64,000 nucleotides of DNA from Planctomycetota bacterium (GTDB lineage Bacteria > Planctomycetota > B15-G4 > SIAN01): contig JANNXA010000044.1 in NCBI GenBank assembly GCA_031409275.1, forward strand, positions 45,830 through 109,829. The letters are read 5' to 3'. Shown here one piece after another: positions 47,760-57,784 of this stretch (the stretch's first letter is position 1; every line of letters starts with the position of its first letter). The position numbers and the translations under genes were made by a program. The notes beneath the pieces are model-generated. The model was not told the DNA's origin. It worked only from the letters and a program-made list of their open reading frames with translations, and searched no databases.

Positions 47760-48557
47760 TCACTCGCGACCGAAGCGGTACTCGCGGCCGAGCTGCGCGA
47801 TCTCGACTCGATGCGGCTTGCCGCGAGCCGCCAACCGCTGCTGCAGCTGCGAGACGATTGCGGCTTGGAAGCGCGCCTTCAGGTGGAAGGCGACGACGGG
47901 CAGGTCGGGACGGTCGAGCTTGTCGAGCTCCGCCACGAAGGTCGCGGGCGTGAGGTGGCCCGCTCGGCGCGCAAGCTCGCTGCGCTCATCGGGAAACGAC
48001 AGCTCGAGGAACAGCGCGCGCAGGTTCGGCGTCGCGCGCGCGATCTCCCACAATCGCGTCGTCGGGCCGGTATCCCCGCTGAACAGCACCGAGCCGTCGC
48101 CATCGCCGAGCCGGTAGCCGAAGGTCGGCACCGGATGGTCGACCGCGATGGGCAGCACCTCGAGCGATCCGACCGAGAACGGCCGCTCCGCCTCGATGAC
48201 GCTCAAGTTCATGAGCTTGCGCTCGCCGATGCGCAGATCGACGAAGTTCGGCCAGAGGCGATCGTTGAAGACGTCCTGGCGCAGCGACGCCAGCGTGAAC
48301 GCGTTGCCATGCACGGTGGGGCCGTCGCGCGTCTCGTCGATGACGTTTTCGAGGAAGAGCGGCAACGAGCCGGTGTGGTCGGCGTGCGAATGAGTCAACA
48401 ACACGTTGCGCACGCGCGCCTGATCGGCCGGCGTCCCCATCTGCCCGAGGCAGCCGGCATCGATGGCGAGGACGTCATCGATGACGAACGAAGTGAGGTA
48501 GTGCTGCCGCGTCGGGGCCGAGAACGAGCTCGGCAGCAGCGTGACCTTCATCGCCAT
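47760..48557 (-). CDS. Metallo-beta-lactamase-fold 3',5'-cyclic nucleotide phosphodiesterase (class II-like)
   Basis: 'AIDAG', 'LTHSHADH', 'FNDRLWPNF', 'HPVP', 'SGDTGP', 'ELSFP', 'HLTP', 'HLK'. Confidence 0.8.
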   Translation of the reverse strand: MAMKVTLLPSSFSAPTRQHYLTSFVIDDVLAIDAGCLGQMGTPADQARVRNVLLTHSHADHTGSLPLFLENVIDETRDGPTVHGNAFTLASLRQDVFNDRLWPNFVDLRIGERKLMNLSVIEAERPFSVGSLEVLPIAVDHPVPTFGYRLGDGDGSVLFSGDTGPTTRLWEIARATPNLRALFLELSFPDERSELARRAGHLTPATFVAELDKLDRPDLPVVAFHLKARFQAAIVSQLQQRLAARGKPHRVEIAQLGREYRFGRE

Positions 48558-48571
48558 CTCAGGTCGCCATC

Positions 48572-49879
48572 TCAGTGCGACTCGATCCGCTCACGCGTCG
48601 AAGTCGGCGGGAGCGCATCGAGCAGCGCGCGCGGCACGCGACCCGCCGCCGTGGCGAGTTTCGCAAGGTCGAGCGTACGTCGTTGCGGCGTCGGTGCCAA
48701 CGCCGTGGCAAGCGCGTGCGCCAGCGGCGTCGGCAAGCCGCGCCGCTCGAACTCGTCGACCGACGGTTCATGGAGCAGCTTCTCCTCGATCAACGCGCCG
48801 AGATCGCTGGCGGTGAACGGAAGCTCGCCCAACGCGAGCTCGTGGAGCAGGCACCCGAACGCGTAGCGGTCGCTGGCCGCGTCCGCACGACCGCCGGCAA
48901 ACAACTCGGGCGCGAGGTAGAGCGGCGTCCCGGCAATGCCGTGCGTGCCCGCGGCGCCTTCGGCCAGTTCCGTGAGCGACGCGGCGAGACCGAAGTCGAC
49001 CAGCTTCACGTCACCCTCCGGCGTGAGCACGACGTTCGCTGGCTTGAGGTCGCGGTGGATCACGCCGCGAGCGTGCAGCTCGAGCAGCGCCGCCGCGATC
49101 TGCCCGGCGATGGCCAGCACCACCTCCGCCGGCAGGCGCCGGTGGTGGGCGAGCAGCGCGGCGAGCGACGGCCCTTCGCACAGTTCGAGCGCGAGGAACT
49201 GCGTGCGCAACGCGGCGAAGCGGCGATGGAGTCGCGCGATGTGGGGGTGATCGAGCGGCGCCAGCAGATCGGCCTCGCGCTCGAAGCGGTCACATGCGGC
49301 GCCATCGAAGATCAGCCGATGGCTCATCATCTTGAGCGCGACGCAGCGATCGAACTCGGTGTCGCGCGCGCGATAGACCACGGCCATCGCGCCGCGCCCG
49401 ATGCAGCGCTCGATTTCGTAGCGATCGAGGCGCTTGCCGCCGAGCGCATCCGTCGCGTTGCGGCCCAGCCGATCGGCGACGAGGTGCGTCAGCACGCTCG
49501 CGACTTCGGGATGGAGCGCGACCATCGTCTCGAAGTCGCTGGCGCGCAGCACCAGCGCCGTGCCCGCCTGCTCGGCGTAGACGTTCGCCGTGCGCGGCTC
49601 CTTGGTGAGCAGCGCCATCTCGCCGATCACTTCGCCCGCTGCCACGAAGCCGATCACCTGCTCCGGCGCTCCGACCCGCTCGAGCGTGACGACCGCGCTC
49701 CCGCGCTGCAGCACCATCAACTTGTCGCCTGGCGCGCCTTGCGCCAACAGCCGCTCGCCCGCCACGAACTCGCGCACCGTCATCCTTTCCTGCAAGAGCA
49801 TTCGCACTTGCGCACGAACCGCCGCGAAGGCTTGCGTGGTGGCGAGAAGATCGTCGAACGGACCCGCGGGTGCAGCCAT
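48572..49879 (-). CDS. Cyclic-nucleotide-binding domain fused to a Ser/Thr kinase
   Basis: CNB phosphate cassette 'GEVIGEMALLTKEPRTANV'; kinase 'GRGAMAVVY', 'HRDLKPAN', 'DFG', 'YLAPE'. Confidence 0.9.
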   Translation of the reverse strand: MAAPAGPFDDLLATTQAFAAVRAQVRMLLQERMTVREFVAGERLLAQGAPGDKLMVLQRGSAVVTLERVGAPEQVIGFVAAGEVIGEMALLTKEPRTANVYAEQAGTALVLRASDFETMVALHPEVASVLTHLVADRLGRNATDALGGKRLDRYEIERCIGRGAMAVVYRARDTEFDRCVALKMMSHRLIFDGAACDRFEREADLLAPLDHPHIARLHRRFAALRTQFLALELCEGPSLAALLAHHRRLPAEVVLAIAGQIAAALLELHARGVIHRDLKPANVVLTPEGDVKLVDFGLAASLTELAEGAAGTHGIAGTPLYLAPELFAGGRADAASDRYAFGCLLHELALGELPFTASDLGALIEEKLLHEPSVDEFERRGLPTPLAHALATALAPTPQRRTLDLAKLATAAGRVPRALLDALPPTSTRERIESH

Positions 49880-49966
49880 GACCCGTCGATCGGCATCCCG
49901 AGGCGTTCAGCCGAAACGGGCAGCGGTCGAAACGAAACTCCCGTCGCGCCCCCCCGGAGGGCGGGG

Positions 49967-50608
49967 CTACGTCGCCCACCTCGCATCGAGCTGCGCGAAC
50001 GGCCGCAGCGCCGCCGCGACCGCGTCTTGCTGCCGCGGGTCCGTCAAGCGACGGCGCAAGCGCTGCAGGTGATCGAGGTCGTCGAGCGCGATATCGATCT
50101 CGATGAGCTGCGTCAGGCGTGCGAGCCCGAGCGTGCCACCGTCGTCGGCGTCAAGCGAGTCGCGAACCGCCGCGAGCGACGAGAAACGAGCGAAGAAGGG
50201 GAGCAGCGCGCGTCGGACCGGCTCCTCGGGGCGGGCGGCGGCGGCGGCGGGCGGCTCGACCACATGGCAATCGAGGAACGGCGGCGGAGGCTTCAGCTTC
50301 CACGCGAGACGAGTGCGGAGCGGGACGAAGCTCGGCACCGGCTGTCGCGTGACGATCGAGCTCCAGTTGTGGAGGACCGCGAACCGGGTCGGGTCGAAAC
50401 CCGGGCGAGCGGGTCGCCGCGCAAGCAGCGTCGCACCGACGTCGAAGGCGATCATCGCGGTCGGATTGAACCGCAAGCAGGGGAGTCCGCGGTAGCTCGG
50501 GTTGAGCGAGAACGACTCGACAGCATGCGGCTGCGGGCGCCGCAACGAGACGCCAGGATCCGCGGCGAGCTCGAAGCTGCCGCCGATGCGCGTGACTAGG
50601 TCGCTCAT
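49967..50608 (-). CDS. Hypothetical protein
   Basis: Co-oriented 213-aa ORF filling the gap; no recognisable motif. Confidence 0.45.
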   Translation of the reverse strand: MSDLVTRIGGSFELAADPGVSLRRPQPHAVESFSLNPSYRGLPCLRFNPTAMIAFDVGATLLARRPARPGFDPTRFAVLHNWSSIVTRQPVPSFVPLRTRLAWKLKPPPPFLDCHVVEPPAAAAARPEEPVRRALLPFFARFSSLAAVRDSLDADDGGTLGLARLTQLIEIDIALDDLDHLQRLRRRLTDPRQQDAVAAALRPFAQLDARWAT

Positions 50609-50659
50609 CGTCGCGCGCAGGAACGACTCGGTGTCGTATTTCGCGGCCCTCCGCGCGCG

Positions 50660-52771
50660 TCAGCTCCCGCTCGTGCCGCCGCTCGCGCTCTTCCTCGCCG
50701 GCATCTTCCTCATCCGCGCCCACTCGCTCAGGTCGCGGTCGAGCGGCTCGCCGCCGAGGTACTTCGCGAACCAGTCGACGTGCGCTCCGTAATAGAACAG
50801 CATTTCCTGCCAGCCGGGCCAGTGGCCGGCGTTCGGGAAGACGACGAGGCGTGAGGGGACGCCCTTCTCCTGCAGCGCGGTGAAGTACTGCAGGCTCTGC
50901 GTGTAGGGCACGCGGAAGTCGAGCTCGCCGGTGATGACCAGCGCAGGCGTCTTGAAGGCGTCCACCGCGTTCGACGGCGACCAGTGCTCGTAGTGGTCGC
51001 TGCTCCACGGCTCGCCACGCAGGTCGTGCTTCGGGAACCAGAGCTCTTCGGTGGCGCCATAGAAGCTGCGCAAGTCGTAGAGGCCCATCATCGCGACCTG
51101 ACACTTGAAGCGGTCGGTGTGGCCCTGCATCCACATCATCATGTAGCCGCCGTACGACCAGCCCATCGCGCCCATGCGCTGCGGATCGACATAGGGCAGC
51201 GCCGCCAGCGCATCGGTGACCTTCATCAAGTCGCGGAAGACGCGGCCGCCGTAATCGCCGCCGATGGCGTCGCAGAACTTCTGGCCATAGCCGGTCGAAC
51301 CGGTCGGATTGGCGAACGCCAGCACGTAGCCCTTGGCGGGATAGACCTGCCAGTCGCCGCGGAAGGAGTCCTGCCACTGCGATTGCGGACCGCCATGCAC
51401 GTTCAGGATCAGCGGGTACTTCTTCGCCGGGTCGAAGCCATGCGGCGTGATGACGAAGGTGTGGATCTTGTTGCCATCCTCGCCGTCGATCCAGAGTTCC
51501 TGCGCCGGCCGCAGATCGATCTCCGCCTCGTACTTCGCGTTGAACGCGGTGAGGCGCTTGGGTGTCGCGTCGTTCATGGGCTTGGTGCAGAGCTCGTGCG
51601 GCTCGGTGAATCCGCGGCGGACGTAGACGAGCGATCCGTCCTCGGCCAGCAGCTCCCACGCGTCGATCGTCGCGTGCTCATGCACCTTGCGCGGTGTCCC
51701 GCCTGACAACGGCAGGGCAAAGATCGGGGTGCGGCCCTTCTGCTCGACCTGGAAGAAGAGCTCGTTGCCGTTTGGCGCGAAGCGCATCTCGGTCACGTTG
51801 TCGTCGAAGCCGTCGCGCGCCGTGAGGTAGGTGCTCTTGCGCGAGGCCACGTCGAGCACGGCGAGGCGCTTCAAGTCCGACTCGTAGCCGGGCGTCTCCT
51901 GGCTCACGTAGGCGATCTTCGTCCCGTCCGGCGAGAAGAGCGGCGAGCCGTCCCAGCCGTCGCACGCTTCCGTCAAATTGGTCGCCGCCTCGGGACGCGA
52001 CAGCTCGATCCAGAAGAGGTCGGCGTTGGTCGAGGTCGCCTGCACCGGGTCGCGGTTCGACACGAAGACGAAGTGGCGACCGTCGGGCGCGAAGTCGTAG
52101 CCACGCCCGCCGCCGAGCATGAAAGGCGGGCAGTCGAACGTTCCGGGAGTGAGATCGCGCACCACCTTGCCGCTCGTGGCGTCGACCAGCAGCACGTGAG
52201 TCGCCTTGCCATCCTCCCAACTCGTCCAGTGGCGATAGAGCAGCGTGTCGGAGAGGTGGACGTCGAGCTTCCCCTTCTCACGCTCGTCATCGCGCGCCTT
52301 CTGCGCCGCGCCGTCGCAAGGCAGGTCGGGCCACACCTCGCTGGTCACCGCGATGAAGCGGCCATCGGGGGAGAGGCGCGGACCGTCGATGCCAGGTGCC
52401 CAGTCGGACAACTGGCGCGGCTCGCCACCCGAGAGGGAGAGCGTCCACAGCTGGTCACTGCCGCTGCGGCTCGACACGAAGAACAGCGACTGCCCGTCAC
52501 GCGAGAAGAAGGGATCGCGGTCGCCCTTCCGGGCGAAGGTGAGCTGGCGCAGACCGTTGCCATCGACGCCGACCGTCCAAAGCTCGCTCCACGACGTGCC
52601 GGCGGCCACGTCGTAGCGCTTCACCGCGAACGCGACCTTCGTCCGATCGGGCGAAAGCGCCGGCGCCTGCACCTGCGCGACGCCGTAGACATCGGCGAGG
52701 TCGAAGGGGCGCTTGTCGGCGAAAGGGTTGAAGAGCAGCGCCGCGCCAACGAGCAGGTCGACAGGGTTCAT
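50660..52771 (-). CDS. S9 (prolyl oligopeptidase / dipeptidyl peptidase V-like) peptidase
   Basis: PD40 repeats, 'HGGPQ', nucleophile 'GWSYGG', 'DFRVP', 'GHW'. Confidence 0.93.
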   Translation of the reverse strand: MNPVDLLVGAALLFNPFADKRPFDLADVYGVAQVQAPALSPDRTKVAFAVKRYDVAAGTSWSELWTVGVDGNGLRQLTFARKGDRDPFFSRDGQSLFFVSSRSGSDQLWTLSLSGGEPRQLSDWAPGIDGPRLSPDGRFIAVTSEVWPDLPCDGAAQKARDDEREKGKLDVHLSDTLLYRHWTSWEDGKATHVLLVDATSGKVVRDLTPGTFDCPPFMLGGGRGYDFAPDGRHFVFVSNRDPVQATSTNADLFWIELSRPEAATNLTEACDGWDGSPLFSPDGTKIAYVSQETPGYESDLKRLAVLDVASRKSTYLTARDGFDDNVTEMRFAPNGNELFFQVEQKGRTPIFALPLSGGTPRKVHEHATIDAWELLAEDGSLVYVRRGFTEPHELCTKPMNDATPKRLTAFNAKYEAEIDLRPAQELWIDGEDGNKIHTFVITPHGFDPAKKYPLILNVHGGPQSQWQDSFRGDWQVYPAKGYVLAFANPTGSTGYGQKFCDAIGGDYGGRVFRDLMKVTDALAALPYVDPQRMGAMGWSYGGYMMMWMQGHTDRFKCQVAMMGLYDLRSFYGATEELWFPKHDLRGEPWSSDHYEHWSPSNAVDAFKTPALVITGELDFRVPYTQSLQYFTALQEKGVPSRLVVFPNAGHWPGWQEMLFYYGAHVDWFAKYLGGEPLDRDLSEWARMRKMPARKSASGGTSGS

Positions 52772-52962
52772 CGGGGAGGTCCTCGCAAGGCGCCCGCGCG
52801 GCGCGCGGACTCGGGGGCAGGCTGGGTCGAGCCAGTGGCGCGACAACGTACGACGGGAAGGCGGCTTCGTCTCGCGTCGAGCCGCGACTTCGCCGGGTAA
52901 CCTCGCGGCGCTCCACGGCACCCGGCGCGCGTCCCGTCGACTCGCATGGTTCCACCGCTGAC

Positions 52963-54366
52963 GTGAACTCCGTGACCCCGACTCCCATCGCACCCGCCGC
53001 CCTGCCCGGCCTGCCCGCCGGTGCGGCTTGCGTGGTCACGGGTCAGCAGGTCGGGATCCTGACGGGGCCGCTGCTGACGATCCTCAAGGCGGCCCGCGCC
53101 ATCTCGTTCGCGGGTGAGCTCGCGGCTGCAAGGGGGACGCCGGTCGTGCCGCTCTTCTGGGCGGCATCGGACGATCACGACCTCGACGAGATCCACCACA
53201 CCTTCGCGCTGAACAGCCAGGACGAAGCTCAGAAATTGCGGCTCGATCTGGGGCAGGATCGTGGAGCTGCCAGTGAAGTTGAGATTCCGCCAGAATCCGC
53301 CATGGCGCTTGTCCGAGAGCTTTGGGCGGTGGCTTCAATCGACCCGACCGGCTTCTCTCCAGAGCCGTGGTTTCCACACGCCGGCGACACCCTGGGCCGC
53401 TGGTTCTGTCGCTGTTTCAAGAACGTCTTTGGCGCGCGCGCCCCGATCGTTGTCGAACCGGCGCAACTCACCGCCGCCGCGCGACCGCTCTTCGACCAGG
53501 CCCTTCGCGACGACGGTGCAATCCGCCGAGCATTGGCCGAAGGAACGGCCGCGAATCAAGCCGCCGGCCTGGCCGCCCCGCTTCCGGTCGACGAGGAGCC
53601 GCCGCTCTTCCTGATCGAAAAGGGAGCGCGCACCCGGGTGCGCCGCGGCGCCCGACCCGGCGAATTCCTCGTCGGCGAGCGCACCTTCAGCCGTGCCGCG
53701 CTGCTCGACTTCGCGTGCGGCGGCGTCCCGCGCCTCTCCGCCAACGTCGCACTACGCACGATCGTCCAGGCGGGCTGTCTCCCGGCGCTCGCCTACGTCG
53801 CCGGCCCGACCGAGATCCTCTACTACCGCCAGCTCGAACCGCTCCACCGCCTCTTCGGGGTCCCCTTCCCGCAACTCGTCCGCCGGCCACACGCCACGCT
53901 CCTCACGACCGCCGCGGCCCGCGCCGCCCGCAAACTCGACCTCGCGCCGGCGCAGCTGCTCGCCGCACTCGCCGCTCGCGAGACCACACCGGCTGACCGC
54001 TCCCCGCTCCTCGATCGCGGCGCGGCGCTGAGAGGCGACGTGGCGACCTACATCGAGCAGTTGCTCGCGCTCAACCCGGCCGTCAAGAGCGCCGGCGAGC
54101 GGCGAGCGACGCAGCTGCTGCAGAGCTTCGACGGCTTGCTGGAGCGCGCTGGCAGTGCGCTGCGCGAGGGCGAGGCGAGCGAGGCCAGTCGCTGGAAGAC
54201 CTTGGAGGCCACCGTGCGGCCGCGCGGCAAACCGCAAGACCGGTCGCTGAACGTGCTGCCGTTCCTGGCGCAACGCGGCCCGGGCCTGATCGAGGAGCTC
54301 CTCGCGTTGCGCGGGGAACCGGGCCCCGACGGCGTCGTGCCCCATGCAGTCCTCGCGCCGAGCTGA
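52963..54366 (+). CDS. bshC: Bacillithiol biosynthesis cysteine-adding enzyme
   Basis: 'VVTGQQ.G..TGPL.TI.KA', 'FWAASDDHDLDE', 'SANVALR', 'YVAGPTE..YY.Q', 'PQDR'. Confidence 0.88.
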   Translation: MNSVTPTPIAPAALPGLPAGAACVVTGQQVGILTGPLLTILKAARAISFAGELAAARGTPVVPLFWAASDDHDLDEIHHTFALNSQDEAQKLRLDLGQDRGAASEVEIPPESAMALVRELWAVASIDPTGFSPEPWFPHAGDTLGRWFCRCFKNVFGARAPIVVEPAQLTAAARPLFDQALRDDGAIRRALAEGTAANQAAGLAAPLPVDEEPPLFLIEKGARTRVRRGARPGEFLVGERTFSRAALLDFACGGVPRLSANVALRTIVQAGCLPALAYVAGPTEILYYRQLEPLHRLFGVPFPQLVRRPHATLLTTAAARAARKLDLAPAQLLAALAARETTPADRSPLLDRGAALRGDVATYIEQLLALNPAVKSAGERRATQLLQSFDGLLERAGSALREGEASEASRWKTLEATVRPRGKPQDRSLNVLPFLAQRGPGLIEELLALRGEPGPDGVVPHAVLAPS

Positions 54367-54389
54367 CCCGCTACTGGAGTCCATCACCG

Positions 54390-55118
54390 ATGACCGACGT
54401 CCTCGCCTTCGGCGCGCACCCCGACGATCTGGAGATCGGCTGCGGCGGCACGCTCGCGCTGCTGGCGCAACAGGGCCACTCGGTGGTGATGGTCGACTTC
54501 ACGCGTGGCGAGATGGGGACGCGCGGCACGGTCGCCGAGCGGCGCGCGGAGGCCGATGCGGCGGCGCGCGTGCTCGGCGCGGCGGCGCGACTCAACCTCG
54601 AGCTGCCGGACGGCTTCCTGCCCTTCCTCGATCCGACGACGGGCATCGCATCGCGCGAACTCGCGGTGCAGCGGATCGTCGAGCTGATCCGCGAGCATCG
54701 CCCGCGGCTGCTGTTGGCCAACTATCCAAGCGACGCGCATCCCGACCACGTCATCGTCGGCGAGACGGTGAAGCAGGCGCGCTACCTCGCTGGCTTGAAG
54801 AAATGGCGAGCCGGTGCCGAGCGCCATCGCCCCGACCTGCTGCTCCAATATTTCGAGCATGAGCAGCACGCTCCGACCTGTGTGGTCGACGTGAGCGCCG
54901 TGTTCGAGAAGAAGCTCGCCGCGATCCGTTGCCACAAATCGCAGCTGCACGATCCGACGCGCGCCGAGCCGCAGACGGCGCTGTCGCGGCCGGACTTCCT
55001 CGAGCGGCGCGCCGCGCGCGATCGCTTCTTCGGTGCGCAGGTCGGCGTCGACTACGCGGAGCCGTTCTTCACGCAAGGACCGCCCAAGATCACGAACCCG
55101 ATGAGCCTCCTCCCATGA
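54390..55118 (+). CDS. bshB1: Bacillithiol biosynthesis deacetylase
   Basis: 'AFGAHPDDLEIGCGGT', 'TRGEMGTRG', 'HPDH', 'GVDYAEPF'. Confidence 0.9.
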   Translation: MTDVLAFGAHPDDLEIGCGGTLALLAQQGHSVVMVDFTRGEMGTRGTVAERRAEADAAARVLGAAARLNLELPDGFLPFLDPTTGIASRELAVQRIVELIREHRPRLLLANYPSDAHPDHVIVGETVKQARYLAGLKKWRAGAERHRPDLLLQYFEHEQHAPTCVVDVSAVFEKKLAAIRCHKSQLHDPTRAEPQTALSRPDFLERRAARDRFFGAQVGVDYAEPFFTQGPPKITNPMSLLP

Positions 55119-56284
55119 ACGCCGGATCCACCGACTTCCCGCTCCGCATCGGCATCGCCTGCTATCCGACGCACGGCGGCAGCGGCGTGCTCGCGACCGA
55201 ATTGGGGGTGGCGCTGGCGGAGCGTGGCCACGAGGTCCACTTCCTCGCCTACAGCAAACCACCGCGACTCACGCGCTACCACCCGCGCATCTTCTGCCAT
55301 CTGGTCGAGGTGTCGGAATACCCGCTGTTCAAATATCCGCCGTACGACCTCGCACTGGCCTCGAAGATGATCGAGGTGATCGGCGAGCGGCGTCTCGACC
55401 TGTTGCATGTCCACTACGCCATCCCACACTCGATCAGCGCCTACCTGGCGCGTCAGCTGATGCCCGGGGTTCGCTTCGGGATCGTCACCACGCTGCACGG
55501 CACCGACATCACGCTGGTCGGCAGCGGCAACGCCTACCGCGACGTGACGCGCTTCGGCATCGAGCAGAGCGACGAGGTGATCGCCGTCTCCGAGTGGCTG
55601 AAGAAGGAGACGCAGCGCATCTTCGGCGCGACCAAGGAGATCGTGGTCGTCCCGAACTTCGTCGACGTCACCCGCTTCCGGCCGAAGGAGGGGCGCACCT
55701 CGCCGCTCTTGTCCGCCTGCGCCGACTCGCCGATCGTCATGCACGTGTCGAACTTCCGGCCGGTCAAGCGTCTCGGCGACACGGTGCGCGCGTTCGCCGA
55801 CGCGACCGCCGGCACCAAGGCGCAGCTCGTGCTGGTGGGCGACGGTCCCGAGCGCGCCAGTGCCGAGGCGCTGGTCGCCGAGCTCAAGCTCGAGGAGCGC
55901 GTGCAGTTCCTCGGCATCGTCGACGACGTCCACGATCTGCTGCCGTTCGCCGACGTCCTGGTGGTGTCGAGCGAGAGCGAGAGCTTCGGCCTTGCCGCGC
56001 TCGAAGCGCATGCGTGCGGCGTCCCCGTGGTCGGCTACGACTCCGGCGGCATGCACGAGGTGGTCGAAGACAACGCCACCGGCTTCCTGGTCCGTTTCGG
56101 CGACGTCCCGGCGCTTGCGGCGCGCCTGCGGACGTTGCTGGCCGACGCCACGTTGCGCCGCGATTTCGGCGTTCGCGGCCGCAAACGCGCCGTCGAGCAC
56201 TTCGACCTCGCGCAGGTGCTGACCGTCCACGAAGGCATCTACCACGCCGCGCTGGCGCGACGGGGGCGCGGAGCGGCGGGGTGA
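55115..56284 (+). CDS. bshA: N-acetyl-alpha-D-glucosaminyl L-malate synthase
   Basis: 'IGIACYPTHGGSG..ATELG', 'HVHYAIPH', 'TTLHGTDITLVG', 'HVSNFRPVKR', 'ESFGL'. Confidence 0.95.
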   Translation: MNAGSTDFPLRIGIACYPTHGGSGVLATELGVALAERGHEVHFLAYSKPPRLTRYHPRIFCHLVEVSEYPLFKYPPYDLALASKMIEVIGERRLDLLHVHYAIPHSISAYLARQLMPGVRFGIVTTLHGTDITLVGSGNAYRDVTRFGIEQSDEVIAVSEWLKKETQRIFGATKEIVVVPNFVDVTRFRPKEGRTSPLLSACADSPIVMHVSNFRPVKRLGDTVRAFADATAGTKAQLVLVGDGPERASAEALVAELKLEERVQFLGIVDDVHDLLPFADVLVVSSESESFGLAALEAHACGVPVVGYDSGGMHEVVEDNATGFLVRFGDVPALAARLRTLLADATLRRDFGVRGRKRAVEHFDLAQVLTVHEGIYHAALARRGRGAAG

Positions 56285-57426
56285 ATGGCCGCCTCTACTT
56301 CGATTGGGCCGCCACGGCGCCGCTGCGGCCCGAGGCGCGCGCCGCACTGATCGAGGCGCTCGGCGACGACTACGCGAACGCGTCGAGCGCGCATGCCTTT
56401 GGCCGCCACGCTCGCGCGGCGCTCACGCGTGCCCGCCGAACCTTCGCTGACGCGCTGGAGGTCGAGCGCGATGACCTCTTCTTCTTGGGGAGCGGCAGCG
56501 AAGCGAATCTAGTGGCCCTTGAAGGTTCGATTTCCGCGCTGCCACCCTCGCGCCGACATCTGCTGGTCTCTGCGATCGAACACCCAAGCGTGCTGGATCC
56601 GCTCGAGCGCGCCGCCAAGCTCGGCTCGATCGAACTCGAGACGATCCCCGTCGACCGTTTCGGCCGCGTCGACCCCGACGAGGTCGCTCGCCGCTGCCGA
56701 CCGACCACCGGCCTCGTCAGCGTGATGCTGGCCAACCACGAAATCGGGACGCTGCAACCAGTCGCCGCCATCGCCGCCGTCGCGCATCGAGTCGGCGCGC
56801 GCCTCCACTGCGACGCGACGCAGGCGTGCGGCAAGGTCGACGTGGCGCTGCCAGCGCTGCACGCCGATCTCGTCGTCGTCTCGCCGCACAAGTTCGGCGG
56901 ACCGCGCGGCGTCGGGGTGCTAGCGCGACGACGCGGCATCGAGCTGCGCTCGCCGCTGTCACCGGGTCGTCAGGAACAAGGCGTGCGCGGCGGCACCGAA
57001 GACGTCGCGAGCTGCGTCGCGGCGGCGGCGGCGTTGACCGCGGAGCGCGCCGAACAGGCGGCACTCGCGCCGCGGCTGCGCGACTTCGCGACGAGCTTCA
57101 CGACGCAGCTGCGGCTCGCGCTGCCCGACGTAACCCTGCATTCGAACGACGAGTACGGCGTCCCTGGGCTCGTCAACTTTTCTTTCGCCGAGCTGCGCGG
57201 CGACTGGCTCGTTGCCGCGCTCGACCAACGCGAAGTGGCGGTCAGCCACGGCGCCGCTTGTGCCTCGCTCGCGGCGATTCCATCGCCGATCCTCGCCGCG
57301 ATCGGCGCTCACGAACGCGCCGCCAACTCGCTGCGCGTGTCGATGGGATGCACGACGACGCGCGACGCCGTCGAAGAGCTCGTGCGACGCGTGCACTCTG
57401 CAGTGGTCCAACTGCGCGCTCGCTGA
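56281..57426 (+). CDS. Cysteine desulfurase (IscS/NifS-like)
   Basis: GTGA overlap with bshA; 'YFDWAAT', 'IEHPSV', 'HCDATQ', PLP Lys 'SPHKFGGP', catalytic 'SHGAAC'. Confidence 0.9.
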   Translation: MNGRLYFDWAATAPLRPEARAALIEALGDDYANASSAHAFGRHARAALTRARRTFADALEVERDDLFFLGSGSEANLVALEGSISALPPSRRHLLVSAIEHPSVLDPLERAAKLGSIELETIPVDRFGRVDPDEVARRCRPTTGLVSVMLANHEIGTLQPVAAIAAVAHRVGARLHCDATQACGKVDVALPALHADLVVVSPHKFGGPRGVGVLARRRGIELRSPLSPGRQEQGVRGGTEDVASCVAAAAALTAERAEQAALAPRLRDFATSFTTQLRLALPDVTLHSNDEYGVPGLVNFSFAELRGDWLVAALDQREVAVSHGAACASLAAIPSPILAAIGAHERAANSLRVSMGCTTTRDAVEELVRRVHSAVVQLRAR

Positions 57427-57526
57427 TTCTTTTTTCGAGTCGCAAGATCCGCGTCGAGCCGCAACGCGCAACGACTTGCGTCACGTGAACTGAACGGGAC
57501 GCAAACGCACGAACGAGGAGAGGTCG

Positions 57527-57556
57527 TTGACGACCCTCAATCGCGCGCCCTAGAAC
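57527..57556 (+). promoter_or_regulatory. Candidate sigma-70 promoter for dnaA
   Basis: TTGACG-N18-TAGAAC upstream of dnaA. Confidence 0.3.
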
Positions 57557-57784
57557 TTGTGCCCTCTCAGTGAAGAGCAGCACGCCGCGAGCGGTCGTCC
57601 AACCGGTCACGGCACCATCCTTCGCGAGAGAACGATCCTGCTTCGGGGGCGACCGCGGCAGACGTCGTGCAGAACATGTGGGCCCAGGCCGGCGCGCTGC
57701 GCACCGACCCCTGAGAGGCCGCAACCAGAACCGAACCTAGATGCCGGGGTTGGGCGACCCAATGGCGAGGGGGGGGACCGTCCG

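Noticed and set aside
57477..57492. parS-like TGCGTCACGTGAACTG upstream of dnaA
   Set aside because: Only 11/16 match; the outer palindrome arms are broken.
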